A DNA stretch of 64,000 nucleotides from the NCBI GenBank assembly GCA_903944085.1, contig CAJAQO010000038.1, positions 4,787-68,786 on the forward strand, read 5' to 3'. The stretch is from an uncultured Verrucomicrobia subdivision 3 bacterium. GTDB taxonomy: Bacteria; Verrucomicrobiota; Verrucomicrobiia; Limisphaerales; UBA11358. The notes beneath the pieces are model-generated. The model worked only from the letters and a program-made list of their open reading frames with translations, was not told the origin of the DNA and made no database searches. Positions 19,728 through 29,399 of this stretch are shown here, in pieces (the stretch's first letter is position 1; the number at the start of each line of letters is the position of its first letter). The translations under genes and the position numbers were made by a program.

Positions 19728-20129
19728 TCACTTCACCATCGGCCAGCCGGCGGCGAGCATGCCTTTGTAGCCGCCGATGAGCGAGTGGACTTTTTTGTAG
19801 CCCATTTTTTGCGCCGCCTCACACGTCATCGCCGAGCGGAAACCGCCGCCGCAATACATGATGATTTCGGTGTTCGCGTCCGGATACAGTTTTTCCAGGT
19901 CGCGCTCCAAAATGCCTTTGCCCAGATGCACGGCTTCCGCAGCGTGGCCCGCGTTCCATTCGTGATCCTCGCGCACGTCAATCAGCACCGTCTGGGAATG
20001 TGCGGCGAGTTTCGCGCGCGCTTCGGCCACGCTGATTTCGTTGACGTGCCTTTTGGCTTCGGCGACAAGTTTGAGAAAACCGGGTGAATGATCCATGGCG
20101 CAAATTACGGGCTTCATCGCGCCGGTCAA
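19728..20129 (-). CDS. rhodanese-domain sulfurtransferase
   Basis: LIDVRE..EW..GH, and the active-site loop YCGGGFRS. Confidence 0.85.
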   Translation of the reverse strand: MTGAMKPVICAMDHSPGFLKLVAEAKRHVNEISVAEARAKLAAHSQTVLIDVREDHEWNAGHAAEAVHLGKGILERDLEKLYPDANTEIIMYCGGGFRSAMTCEAAQKMGYKKVHSLIGGYKGMLAAGWPMVK

Positions 20130-20213
20130 ATCAATTTCTCACCCGGTGGCCGTTTGCCACGGACCAATTAAATAACCCCTTGCATTTCTCTGCCGCGTGG
20201 TGAAGGGTGCAAC

Positions 20214-20426
20214 ATGAATCCTGTGCAACAAATGGTGAGCCACACCGGCGGCGCGGGCAGCGTGGTTCATCTCACCGTCGAGGCGGAAGCTGTGAAAAAG
20301 GTGATGGCCGATGATCCGGAACAAGTGATGGAAGAAATGTGGGTGCGGGCAACGCAGGTCAGTTCGGTTTTGGAAAATATTCTGCGGGAACCGCATGGCG
20401 TGCCGCGCTGGGGCATTAACGAATAG
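20214..20426 (+). CDS. hypothetical 70-aa acidic protein
   Basis: The only non-shadow ORF in the 20130-20580 gap. GAAGGG lies 6 nt upstream of the ATG. No recognisable motif. Confidence 0.3.
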   Translation: MNPVQQMVSHTGGAGSVVHLTVEAEAVKKVMADDPEQVMEEMWVRATQVSSVLENILREPHGVPRWGINE

Positions 20427-20580
20427 CCGGTTTTGCCGGCGCGCAGTTTGAAGCGTCTCCAGACATCCGAAGACGTGAGGAGAGTTTTAGACTGGTTTCA
20501 GGCGGCATTTTTGTTCTGGCAAAACTTCACGCGCCTCAATTTTCATTCGCAACTTTCTGGCTTTGGCTTAACTTCGCGGC

Positions 20581-21501
20581 GTGTCGGAAAAAAATAATAG
20601 CAATCCCGCCATTGCTGGCAGCCTGATCCTCGTCGTCCTGCTCTGGGGCGGCAACAACGCCGGCACGAAATGGCTGGTTGGCGCTTGGCCGCCGGTGTTC
20701 ACCGGCATGACCCGGTTTTTATTCGCCGGCATCATTCTGCTCGGCGTGCTGCGGTTCACGAAACTGCTGGGAGAATTTCAGCCGCTTTCTTCCGGCCAGC
20801 GCCGGCAGCTTTGGCTGCGGGGCGGCTTCGGACTTGCCGCTTACACCATCGTGTTCTGCTGGGCGCTGCGGTTGACGGCGGCATCGCATGTCGCGCTTTA
20901 CATTGGCGCGTCACCGATTTGGGCGTTGCTGGTGGAAGGCCGGCCGGGGAAAAACTGGTCGAGCGTCCGCCGCTACGGCGCGGCGTTGCTCGCCGTGACC
21001 GGCGTGTTTGTCCTGTTCTGGCCCGCGTTGAAAAACTCCAGCTACAATCCCGTCGGCGAATGCTGCGGGCTCGGCTCCAGTCTGCTTTGGGCAAATTATA
21101 ACCACCAAAGCCGTATTCTCGCGCGCACGATTCACGGCGTCGAGGTCGCCGCGAACGCCATGTGGATGTCCGGCGTGTGGCTGCTGCCGATCGCGCTGAT
21201 TGAAATTTTTCTCCACGGTTTCGTGCTGGACGCGCCGCATCTCGGCATTCAGTCGCTGGCGATTCTCTTTGGCGGCGTGGTGCCATATGCCATGTGGAAC
21301 TCGGCGCTGCGCCACTGGCAGACGAGCCGCGTGATGCTCTTCAACAATTTCATCCCGCTCTCCACGACCATCTGGGCGCACTACGCGCTGGGCGAACCCA
21401 TCACGCCGACCTTTTGCGCGGCGATGGTTTTGATTGTCGCCGGTGTGGCCCTTGGCCAGATGGATTGGTCAAAAATTTTCAAGGAGCCGGAAAGCTTTTG
21501 A
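20581..21501 (+). CDS. EamA/DMT-family transporter
   Basis: About ten TM segments arranged as two EamA halves. GTG start as in the track. Confidence 0.85.
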   Translation: MSEKNNSNPAIAGSLILVVLLWGGNNAGTKWLVGAWPPVFTGMTRFLFAGIILLGVLRFTKLLGEFQPLSSGQRRQLWLRGGFGLAAYTIVFCWALRLTAASHVALYIGASPIWALLVEGRPGKNWSSVRRYGAALLAVTGVFVLFWPALKNSSYNPVGECCGLGSSLLWANYNHQSRILARTIHGVEVAANAMWMSGVWLLPIALIEIFLHGFVLDAPHLGIQSLAILFGGVVPYAMWNSALRHWQTSRVMLFNNFIPLSTTIWAHYALGEPITPTFCAAMVLIVAGVALGQMDWSKIFKEPESF

Positions 21502-21509
21502 ACTCAAAG

Positions 21510-21563
21510 TCATCTCATTTTCGAAATTTGAGCATGACGATGAGAATGAGATTGAGGATGATT
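21510..21563. repeat. imperfect inverted repeat with 7-nt periodic units (GATGAGA/ATGAGAT/TGAGGAT)
   Basis: TCATCTCATTTTC (21510-21522) pairs imperfectly with GAGAATGAGATTGA (21542-21555). It lies between the EamA and cupin genes. Confidence 0.5.
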
Positions 21564-21569
21564 TAATTC

Positions 21570-21941
21570 ATGGACGTAAAAAACTTAGACGAACTCGCGC
21601 CGTTCGCCACCAAGGACGGCTCGGAAATCCGCGAACTGCTCGCGCACCGCAACTCCGTCATCCGCAACCAAAGCCTTGCCGAGGCCCGGCTGCCGGTGGG
21701 CGGCACGACGCAGGAACATTTTCATCCGCGCGCCGAGGAAATTTATTTCATCACGCATGGCACCGGAAAAATCCGCATCGAAAATGAAACGCGCGCGGTC
21801 AGGGCAGGGGACGCCATCGCCATTCCGCCGGGCCAGAAACATAAGCTTTGGAACACCGGCAATGAAACCTTGCGGTTGCTTTGCTGTTGCGCCCCCGCCT
21901 ACGAACACGGCGATACGGTCATCACGGAAAAATTTGAATAA
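21570..21941 (+). CDS. cupin domain protein
   Basis: Two-motif cupin pattern: G....EHFH...EEIYFI..G, and G..I.IPPG..H...N. Confidence 0.8.
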   Translation: MDVKNLDELAPFATKDGSEIRELLAHRNSVIRNQSLAEARLPVGGTTQEHFHPRAEEIYFITHGTGKIRIENETRAVRAGDAIAIPPGQKHKLWNTGNETLRLLCCCAPAYEHGDTVITEKFE

Positions 21942-22321
21942 TCAGGCAGGCAAAGATTCTGAAAAAGTTCCAGCTTTCGTTTTTTGGATTCGGGCCGGCA
22001 GCCTTCCATTATTTCCGGCGCAACTGGGTCGGTCCGTCCGCGCGCATCAAATGATTGGACGAAAGCCGCTGGTTTTGCCATCGTCAACCAAGTCCAGCGA
22101 TCCCCATCCCTGGCCAGAAAGCTCCGGCGGTGAGCCGCCGATAGCGCCACGCAAAGTCCATTGAGTTCAATGCAACCGGTTACCGGTGTCCGGTGGTTTT
22201 AGACCAAGCTGCCAAGTGGAAGTGCTTCATCAACGGCAAAGAATTGACGGATGAAGTCATTAAAGTTCATGCCAATAACAACCGTTCACCAAGCTAGACA
22301 ATATATCGGTTCAAAACCTGA

Positions 22322-25300
22322 ATGTTTATGAAAACGCCGAAGTTAGTGTTTGTAACCATATTTGCCGTGCTGGCCGCTGCCGCAATTCAGGCGCAGACCG
22401 TCAGTCGGCTAGTTCTGCGTGGGCATCATGTGCCGCCGGGGGTGGCGCAGTTGCCATCTGCCGGACGACTTGAGTCGGCGCAGTCGCTTGAATTGACCAT
22501 TGGCCTGCCCTTGCGCAACCAGGCGGCACTCGACAGTTTCTTGCAGGAGTTATATGACCCGGCCAGTCCAAGCTACCGCCACTTTCTGACGCCGCAACAA
22601 TTCACCGAGCTATTTGGACCGACAAAGAAAGATTACGCGGCGGTCGTCGCCTATGCCCAGGCCAACGGCTTCACTGTAACCGCCACAGATCCCGGTTGCG
22701 TTTTGGTCAGCGTGCGCGCACCGGTCGCCGTCATTGAGAAGGCGTTTCATGTGAACCTGCAGTTATACAAGCATCCACGCGAAGCGCGTAATTTTTTTGC
22801 GCCGGACGCCGAGCCGACGCTGGATCTGGCCGTTCCCATCCAGGACATTGGCGGCTTGGACGATTATGTTGTGCCGCATCCAGCCGGCCTGGTTCGAAAG
22901 CCGCTTCCGCCGGCAGGCGCGTCCGCCGCCGCCACGCCGCAAAGCGGTTCGGGATCGGGCGGCACTTATGCCGGCGATGATTTCCGCGCGGCCTATGCGC
23001 CGGGAGTGACGCTGACCGGCACCGGTCAGTCCGTCGGACTGCTTGAATTTGGCGGCTACTACAGCAACGATATTGTCTATTATGAGAATACGTTTGAATC
23101 TAGTAACTACGTTCCGATTGTAAATGTGCTGTTGAACAGCGTTTCAAACATCACCAACAATCCCGGAGCGGAAGAAGCGCTGGACATTGAAATGCAGATT
23201 GCGATGGCACCGGGAATAAGTTCGATCTATTACTACGACGGCAGTTCGGTGGACACTATCTTAAGCCGTATTGCCAGCGACAACACGGTCCACGAAGTCA
23301 GCGCTTCGTGGTTATACGGCACGAGCGGCAACACGGACGGCTATTATCAACAATTGGCCGCGCAAGGAATCACCTTTCTCAACGCCTCCGGCGACAGCGA
23401 TGCCTATCCGGTGGGCACAAGCATTGACGCGTGTTGCAGCACGCCGTATGTCACGTCGGTGGGAGGGACTACTTTGAGCACGACGGGACCGGGCGGTTCT
23501 TGGAGTTCTGAGACGGTATGGAACTGGGGTGGCGGAACGGGCGGCAGCGGCGGCATCAGCACCAGCTATACCATTCCAAGCTGGCAAACCAACATCAGCA
23601 TGATCGCCAATCAGGGTTCGACCACCATGCGAAATATCCCGGACGTGGCTTTGACGGCCGATAACATTGATGTTTACTACAATGGTTCCTGGGGCAGCTA
23701 TGGCGGCACGAGTTGTGCCACACCGTTGTGGGCGGGCTTCTTGGCGCTGGTGAACCAGCAGGCCGCCTATTACGGTGAGCCACCGATCGGCGCGCTCAAT
23801 CCGGTCGTCTATGCCATCGGCAAAAGTTCGACTTACGCCGACGCCTTTCACGACATCACCGCCGGCAACAATTACAATAGTTCCAGTCCCACCAATTTCC
23901 CGGCGGTGGCGGGCTATGACTTATGCACGGGTTGGGGAACACCGATGGGACAAGCCACGATTAATGCGCTCGTCCCGCCGAACTTTCAGATCACGCCGCT
24001 GGCTGGCTTTATCTCTTATGGCCCGCCCGGCGGTCCGTTCGGCGTGAACTCACAGAACTTTATTCTTACTAACGTATCTTCACAACTATCGTTTACCTGG
24101 TTTCTTTCCAACACGTCGGCTTGGCTCAATGTTTCCTTCACCAATGGCAGTCTGGCTCCAAATGGTTCGACGACGGTCACCGTGAGTTTAAATCCGACCG
24201 TGGTCAACAGCCTGGCGGCGGGGAGTTACTCAACGACCATTTTGTTCACTAACCAAAACCAAGTCTCCGCACAAACCCGGACCTTTAGTCTGGTTATCGG
24301 CAATAACTTTGACGTTTGGACCGGTGGCAACAGTCCAAATGGCAATTGGAGCAGCCCAATTAACTGGCTTGACGCGGTCGCTCCCAATTCCAATGGAGAC
24401 AACCTGGTTTTCGCCGGCAGCGTCCAGCCCATCAGCACCAACAATTTAATTGTCTCCGCCGGCTGGGTGCAACTTAACCCTGGTGTAGCCTTAACTATTT
24501 TTGGAAACTCATTGTCCATTGCTGGCGGGCTAACCAATTCCGCCCAGAACAACACTTGGAACCTTCCGTTGACGCTCAACGCGGGCCAGAATTTTGCGGA
24601 GGCTTCCGGCACCACGCTTACGCTGGCCGGAGTGGTTTCCGGCGGCAACGGCTTGGTTGAGTCTGGACCGGGCACGTTGCTATTGGCAGCCACCAATACT
24701 TATACGGGACCAACCACGATCAATGCCGGCACTTTGACGCTCGGTGGAACCGGCACATTAGGCGGCGGCAGCTATGTCGGCAACATCGTGGACAATGGTT
24801 CCTTGGCTTACAACAGCAGTTCGGCGCAAACTTTAACCGGTGTCATTTCCGGCACAGGCACTGTGCTGCAAGGCGGAGGCAACTTAACGCTGGCAGCCGC
24901 CAATACCTACTCCGGCTCAACCACCATTAGCGCCGGCTCCACACTGGTAATCGCTCCCAGCGGCAGTTTGGGCAGCGGAAAAAATTATGCCAATGTCATT
25001 GCCGGGGGCGGCGGCCTGACTTACAACGGCACCGGCACGCAGACCTTGAGCGGGGTCAATACCTATTCCGGCCCGACGCTGGTAAACTCTGGAATTCTAT
25101 TACTCACCAGCGGCGGCAGTGCTGGAACGGTCGGCAATTCCGCCATCCTCGTGAACAATGGTGCTGAACTAGACTTGAATGGCAGTGACGTGCTGGGATA
25201 TTCCAGTGGCAGCGCCATGACGGTGTATGGCACTGTTAAGAAAATATACAATCAAGCGGAAACGCTTTATCGCCCGATCACGCTTTCCGGCGGCACACTC

Positions 25301-28300
25301 ACCAATACCTTGACGACGTTGCAGCAAGCCTATGAACTTTACGGCGGATATATTGCCACCGCAGCCAATACCACGAATGCCATCACGCGCCCCGGCCAGT
25401 TTGGCTTGCGCACCAGCACGGCCTATTTCACCAATGCGCCGGGCAGCGTGCTTAACATCTCGGCTGTGATTTATCCTTACACAAGCGGCTGTCCTTTGAA
25501 CAAGCAAGGGGCGGGCAAAATGGTGTTGAGCGCGGCCAATACTTACTCCGGCAACACCGTGGTTGGCGGCGGCATCTTGGCCCTGACCGGGTCCGCCTCG
25601 ATCGCCAGCAGTCCGGCGATCCTGATGAATCCTTCTGCTTTGTTCGATGTGTCTGGTCTAGCCAGCACGTTCACGCTGGGCTCCAGCCAGTCGTTGACGG
25701 CCGGTAATCCCGGAGCAGCGATGACTAACATCAACGGCAATTTCAGCAGCGGTGGCACTATCAACGTGGCTGGCTCTGGCATGGCTGGGACGCTATCGGT
25801 TAACGGCAATGTTGCCCTCACGGGCGGCACGTTGATATACGATCTGGGTTCCGGGGTTTCCGATCTCATCACCCTCGAAGGTGTCGGCCGCACTCTATCT
25901 TTGGGTGGCACCATCACGGTCTCGCCAGCGGCTGGTGTGGTTCCGAATGGAACCTACACCTTGGTTAATGGCATCACCAGTGTCACCAGTGGCGGGCCGG
26001 GAAACCTGGTGTTAAGCGCGCCCGGCACTATTCGCGGAACGGCGGCGGCGGCTTTCACGACGTCGCCGCCAAATGTAACTATGACTGTAAGTGGCGGAAC
26101 TCCGTCGGCGCTTCTCTGGAAAGGCAGTGCGACCAATGCGAACTGGGACGTTACCACGACTTCCAACTGGCTGAACAGCGCTGCCGCCGACGAGTTTTAT
26201 AACCTTGACATGGTTACGTTTGGCGACAGTCCCGGAACCAACTATATCTTAGTCGCTGGAAACGTAGGTCCGAGTTCCATGGTCTTTAACAACACCTCGA
26301 CGGTTTATGCGCTGACCGGCTCTGGCGGCATCGTTGGCGGAGGCAGCCTTACCAATAGCGGAAACGGCACCTTGATCATCAGTGGGACCAACCATTTTGC
26401 GGGCGGCACCACCATCAGCGCGGGCACCGTCTGTGTTGGCAGCACGAATCTGGGTTTGTTTGTCAGCCTGGGTGAAAATCCGGCCAGCCTAGGCACCGGG
26501 CCGCTTAACTTGACCGGCGGGACGCTGAAGTTCGCTCCGGGCAGCTCCGGAAGCTCGTTTTATTTCACCAATCCCATTACGCTTAACGGCGGCATTATTT
26601 GGGGCGAGGATGGCGAGCAACATTTGATTGGTCCGCTTAATGTCGGAGCGGTTGGCGGCACGCTCACCGTAAAGTGGGATACCAAGAGCTTGTATGTGGA
26701 TTCTTTGGTGACTGGTTCCGGTCCACTAACCGTGAGTAACGCGAATAATAACACCAGCGGACTGCATCTTTCCAATCCGGCAAACAATTATTCGGGCACG
26801 GTCACGGTCAAAGGCTCCATTGTCCAACTCGATAACTCTTATGCTTTATCCAATGCCATTGTCAATTTGACCGGTGGCACGCTGGCGTGGGGCGGCGGCG
26901 TGACCAACATTGTGCTCGGCGGTTTGTCCGGCACGACCAGTTTTGGCAATAGCGGCAACGCGCTTGCGGTCGGCAACAACAATTCCTCCAGCACTTATTC
27001 CGGCGCGCTGTCTGGCACGGGCACGCTTACGAAACTTGGCACCGGAACTCTCATCCTGGCCGGCAGCAACACTTATTCGGGCGCAACCTTGGTCAATGGT
27101 GGAACTCTGCTGGTGAACGGTTCGCTGGCGGCCGGCAGTGCGGTGACGGTGGCGGCAGGCGCGACGCTCGGCGGCTCCGGCATCATTGGTGGGTTGACTG
27201 TGGTCAGCGGCACCCTTGCTCCCGGCACCAACGGTGTCGGCCGGTTGACCATCAGCAGCAATCTTGTATTGGCCGGCCAGACTTTGATAGCGGTGAGCAA
27301 AAACGGCGGCGTGCCGACCAATACCATGGCCGTCATCACGCGGACTCTGACCGAGGGCGGGATGCTGACGGTGACTAACATTGGCACGAACGCGCTGGCC
27401 GCCGGCAACAGTTTCAAGTTGTTCAATGCCGGAACGTGGGCCGGCGGCTTCACAAATTTCAGCCTGCCCGCACTCGCCAACGGGTTGCATTGGAACCTGA
27501 ACACGCTGGCCACAAATGGCACGCTCGCCGTGGCTTGGAACACCTATAACTTGACTTACGCGGCGGGATTAAATGGCACTCTATCCGGCGCTGCGACACA
27601 AACGGTGAATTATGGCAGCAGCGGTTCGGCGGTTACAGCCGTGCCCAACGCGGGCTACAACTTCGTGAGTTGGAGCGACGGCAGCACGGCTAATCCGCGC
27701 ACGGATAACGGCGTCACCAACAACATCAGCGTCACCGCGAATTTTGCGATCAGCACCTACACGCTGACTTACACGGCCGACGCGAATGGCACGATCTCCG
27801 GCACCACACCGCAGACCGTGAGCTACGGCGCCAGCGGAACGGCAGTCACCGCCGTGCCCAATGCGGAATGTTATTTCGTCAACTGGAGCGACGGCAGCAC
27901 CGCCAACCCGCGCACCGATGCCGGCGTCACCACCAACCTCAGCGTCACGGCAAATTTCGCCATCAACACTTATACGCTCACCTATCTTGCGGGAACCAAT
28001 GGCACGCTCTCCGGAGCCACGCCGCAAATGGTGAACTATGGCACGAGCGGCCTGCCGGTGAGCGCTATTCCCGGCACGGGCTATTCCTTTGTCAACTGGA
28101 GCGATGGCAGCACAGCCAATCCGCGAACTGACTTGAACGTGACGAGCAACCTTTTGGTGACGGCGAATTTCGTGATCAACACTTACACGTTGATGTATGC
28201 GGCCGACACGAACGGGATGATTGGCGGGACAAGTCCGCAGACGGTGACCTATGGCGCGAGCGGTGACGCGGTGTCGGCGGTGCCCAACCTCGGTTATGGT

Positions 28301-28834
28301 TTCACCAACTGGAGCGACGGTTTGACGGCCAATCCGCGCATTGACACAAACGTGACCACCAATGTCAATGTGACGGCAAACTTTGTGCTCAATACTTACA
28401 CGTTGGCCTACCTTGCGGGAACGAATGGCACTATTTCAGGTATTACGCCGCAATCGGTGAACTACGGCACCAATGGAACGCCGGTGAGCGCCGTGCCCAA
28501 TCCGGGTTTTGCTTTCCTCAACTGGAGCGATGGCCGCGCAGCCAATCCGCGCACCGATACCAATGTGACCAACAATCTCGTCGTGACGGCGATCTTTATA
28601 AACTCTGTGCCGCCGGTGATCACCGGCATGGGCATGTCGGTTGGTGGCGGATTCACCTTGGGCGGGACTGGCGGCGTGGGGCAGACTTATATTTTGTTGA
28701 CGTTATCGGATCTCCTATCGCCAGTGTGGACGCCCATTGCGACCAACAACGCGGACACGAACGGGTTCTTTAACTTCAGCGACGCGCAGGCGACGAATTT
28801 CCCGCAGCGGTTTTACCGTTTGCTGTCCCAGTGA
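22322..28834 (+). CDS. giant secreted protein: pro-kumamolisin activation domain + S53 sedolisin peptidase + autotransporter-associated beta-strand repeats + 5 InlB-type B-repeats + C-terminal RFYRL domain
   Basis: Signal peptide is present. The activation domain includes DPASPSYRHFLTPQQF. The S53 core includes GGTSCATPLWAGFLALVNQ. Many G.GTL.L.G.NTY.G.T.I..G.L repeats follow. Five units of 71 aa carry W(S/T)DG..ANPRTD. The protein ends in QRFYRLLSQ. Confidence 0.9.
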   Translation: MFMKTPKLVFVTIFAVLAAAAIQAQTVSRLVLRGHHVPPGVAQLPSAGRLESAQSLELTIGLPLRNQAALDSFLQELYDPASPSYRHFLTPQQFTELFGPTKKDYAAVVAYAQANGFTVTATDPGCVLVSVRAPVAVIEKAFHVNLQLYKHPREARNFFAPDAEPTLDLAVPIQDIGGLDDYVVPHPAGLVRKPLPPAGASAAATPQSGSGSGGTYAGDDFRAAYAPGVTLTGTGQSVGLLEFGGYYSNDIVYYENTFESSNYVPIVNVLLNSVSNITNNPGAEEALDIEMQIAMAPGISSIYYYDGSSVDTILSRIASDNTVHEVSASWLYGTSGNTDGYYQQLAAQGITFLNASGDSDAYPVGTSIDACCSTPYVTSVGGTTLSTTGPGGSWSSETVWNWGGGTGGSGGISTSYTIPSWQTNISMIANQGSTTMRNIPDVALTADNIDVYYNGSWGSYGGTSCATPLWAGFLALVNQQAAYYGEPPIGALNPVVYAIGKSSTYADAFHDITAGNNYNSSSPTNFPAVAGYDLCTGWGTPMGQATINALVPPNFQITPLAGFISYGPPGGPFGVNSQNFILTNVSSQLSFTWFLSNTSAWLNVSFTNGSLAPNGSTTVTVSLNPTVVNSLAAGSYSTTILFTNQNQVSAQTRTFSLVIGNNFDVWTGGNSPNGNWSSPINWLDAVAPNSNGDNLVFAGSVQPISTNNLIVSAGWVQLNPGVALTIFGNSLSIAGGLTNSAQNNTWNLPLTLNAGQNFAEASGTTLTLAGVVSGGNGLVESGPGTLLLAATNTYTGPTTINAGTLTLGGTGTLGGGSYVGNIVDNGSLAYNSSSAQTLTGVISGTGTVLQGGGNLTLAAANTYSGSTTISAGSTLVIAPSGSLGSGKNYANVIAGGGGLTYNGTGTQTLSGVNTYSGPTLVNSGILLLTSGGSAGTVGNSAILVNNGAELDLNGSDVLGYSSGSAMTVYGTVKKIYNQAETLYRPITLSGGTLTNTLTTLQQAYELYGGYIATAANTTNAITRPGQFGLRTSTAYFTNAPGSVLNISAVIYPYTSGCPLNKQGAGKMVLSAANTYSGNTVVGGGILALTGSASIASSPAILMNPSALFDVSGLASTFTLGSSQSLTAGNPGAAMTNINGNFSSGGTINVAGSGMAGTLSVNGNVALTGGTLIYDLGSGVSDLITLEGVGRTLSLGGTITVSPAAGVVPNGTYTLVNGITSVTSGGPGNLVLSAPGTIRGTAAAAFTTSPPNVTMTVSGGTPSALLWKGSATNANWDVTTTSNWLNSAAADEFYNLDMVTFGDSPGTNYILVAGNVGPSSMVFNNTSTVYALTGSGGIVGGGSLTNSGNGTLIISGTNHFAGGTTISAGTVCVGSTNLGLFVSLGENPASLGTGPLNLTGGTLKFAPGSSGSSFYFTNPITLNGGIIWGEDGEQHLIGPLNVGAVGGTLTVKWDTKSLYVDSLVTGSGPLTVSNANNNTSGLHLSNPANNYSGTVTVKGSIVQLDNSYALSNAIVNLTGGTLAWGGGVTNIVLGGLSGTTSFGNSGNALAVGNNNSSSTYSGALSGTGTLTKLGTGTLILAGSNTYSGATLVNGGTLLVNGSLAAGSAVTVAAGATLGGSGIIGGLTVVSGTLAPGTNGVGRLTISSNLVLAGQTLIAVSKNGGVPTNTMAVITRTLTEGGMLTVTNIGTNALAAGNSFKLFNAGTWAGGFTNFSLPALANGLHWNLNTLATNGTLAVAWNTYNLTYAAGLNGTLSGAATQTVNYGSSGSAVTAVPNAGYNFVSWSDGSTANPRTDNGVTNNISVTANFAISTYTLTYTADANGTISGTTPQTVSYGASGTAVTAVPNAECYFVNWSDGSTANPRTDAGVTTNLSVTANFAINTYTLTYLAGTNGTLSGATPQMVNYGTSGLPVSAIPGTGYSFVNWSDGSTANPRTDLNVTSNLLVTANFVINTYTLMYAADTNGMIGGTSPQTVTYGASGDAVSAVPNLGYGFTNWSDGLTANPRIDTNVTTNVNVTANFVLNTYTLAYLAGTNGTISGITPQSVNYGTNGTPVSAVPNPGFAFLNWSDGRAANPRTDTNVTNNLVVTAIFINSVPPVITGMGMSVGGGFTLGGTGGVGQTYILLTLSDLLSPVWTPIATNNADTNGFFNFSDAQATNFPQRFYRLLSQ
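27545..28609 (+). repeat. five tandem 213-bp coding repeats (InlB B-repeat / Listeria-Bacteroides repeat type)
   Basis: Units start at 27545, 27758, 27971, 28184 and 28397. Consensus: YTLTY.A..NGT.SG..PQ.V.YG.SG..V.AVPN.GY.FVNWSDGSTANPRTD..VT.N..VTANF. Confidence 0.85.
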
Positions 28835-28946
28835 TTCGCTTGGGCGACTGCTCAACGCGGTGGATCACCTCGGAGCCGGCGGCGGACCGCAATTGAACCG
28901 ACGGAAATTCGGGTGCCAATTCGCCGGTATGATGCCAGCCGGAACC

Positions 28947-29135
28947 ATGGAACCACGCATCACTTTCATCACGCTGGGTGTAACTGATCTGCTGCGCGAG
29001 GTGTGGATCTATCGCGCTGGACTGAGCTGGCCTTACCCGCGCCGCTCCTGGCCGCCGAATCGCTCGGCCCGCATCGGTCTTGCGCTGGCCACGCAGCAAT
29101 ACGGGAAGTTTATTCAGGTTGAAATGGCGGGCTGA
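28947..29135 (+). pseudogene. possible truncated VOC/glyoxalase-family remnant
   Basis: MEPRITFITLGVTDLLRE..YRAGLSWP resembles a VOC N-terminus, but the frame stops after 62 codons. No clean continuation is seen in any frame up to frr. Confidence 0.3.
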
Positions 29136-29399
29136 TTCTAGCCCATGGGAGTTTGGCCGCCGGGACGGCCGCGCCGCCTGCTGCCTGCGCCAGTGGCAAA
29201 CGCTCCCGTGGTTCAGGCGGTCTAAACCCGACAACATTATTTTTTGCGGATGGTTTGAACGGAAGATCGCAAAGCCAACGAAGTTCTTGGTGGCCTGCGT
29301 TGCCTTCTGTAAAATCATCGGCAATCATTTCTGTCGCGGGTTTAAATTGGCGAATTTTCGTTAGACCCGGCGGGAAAATGTGGTTACAGTTCAAACATT

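Noticed and set aside
27545-28609. The five B-repeats as a diversity-generating retroelement target or a phase-variable cassette system
   Set aside because: There is no reverse transcriptase, template repeat, invertase or silent cassette in the window. The repeat units differ throughout rather than at adenine-specific positions.
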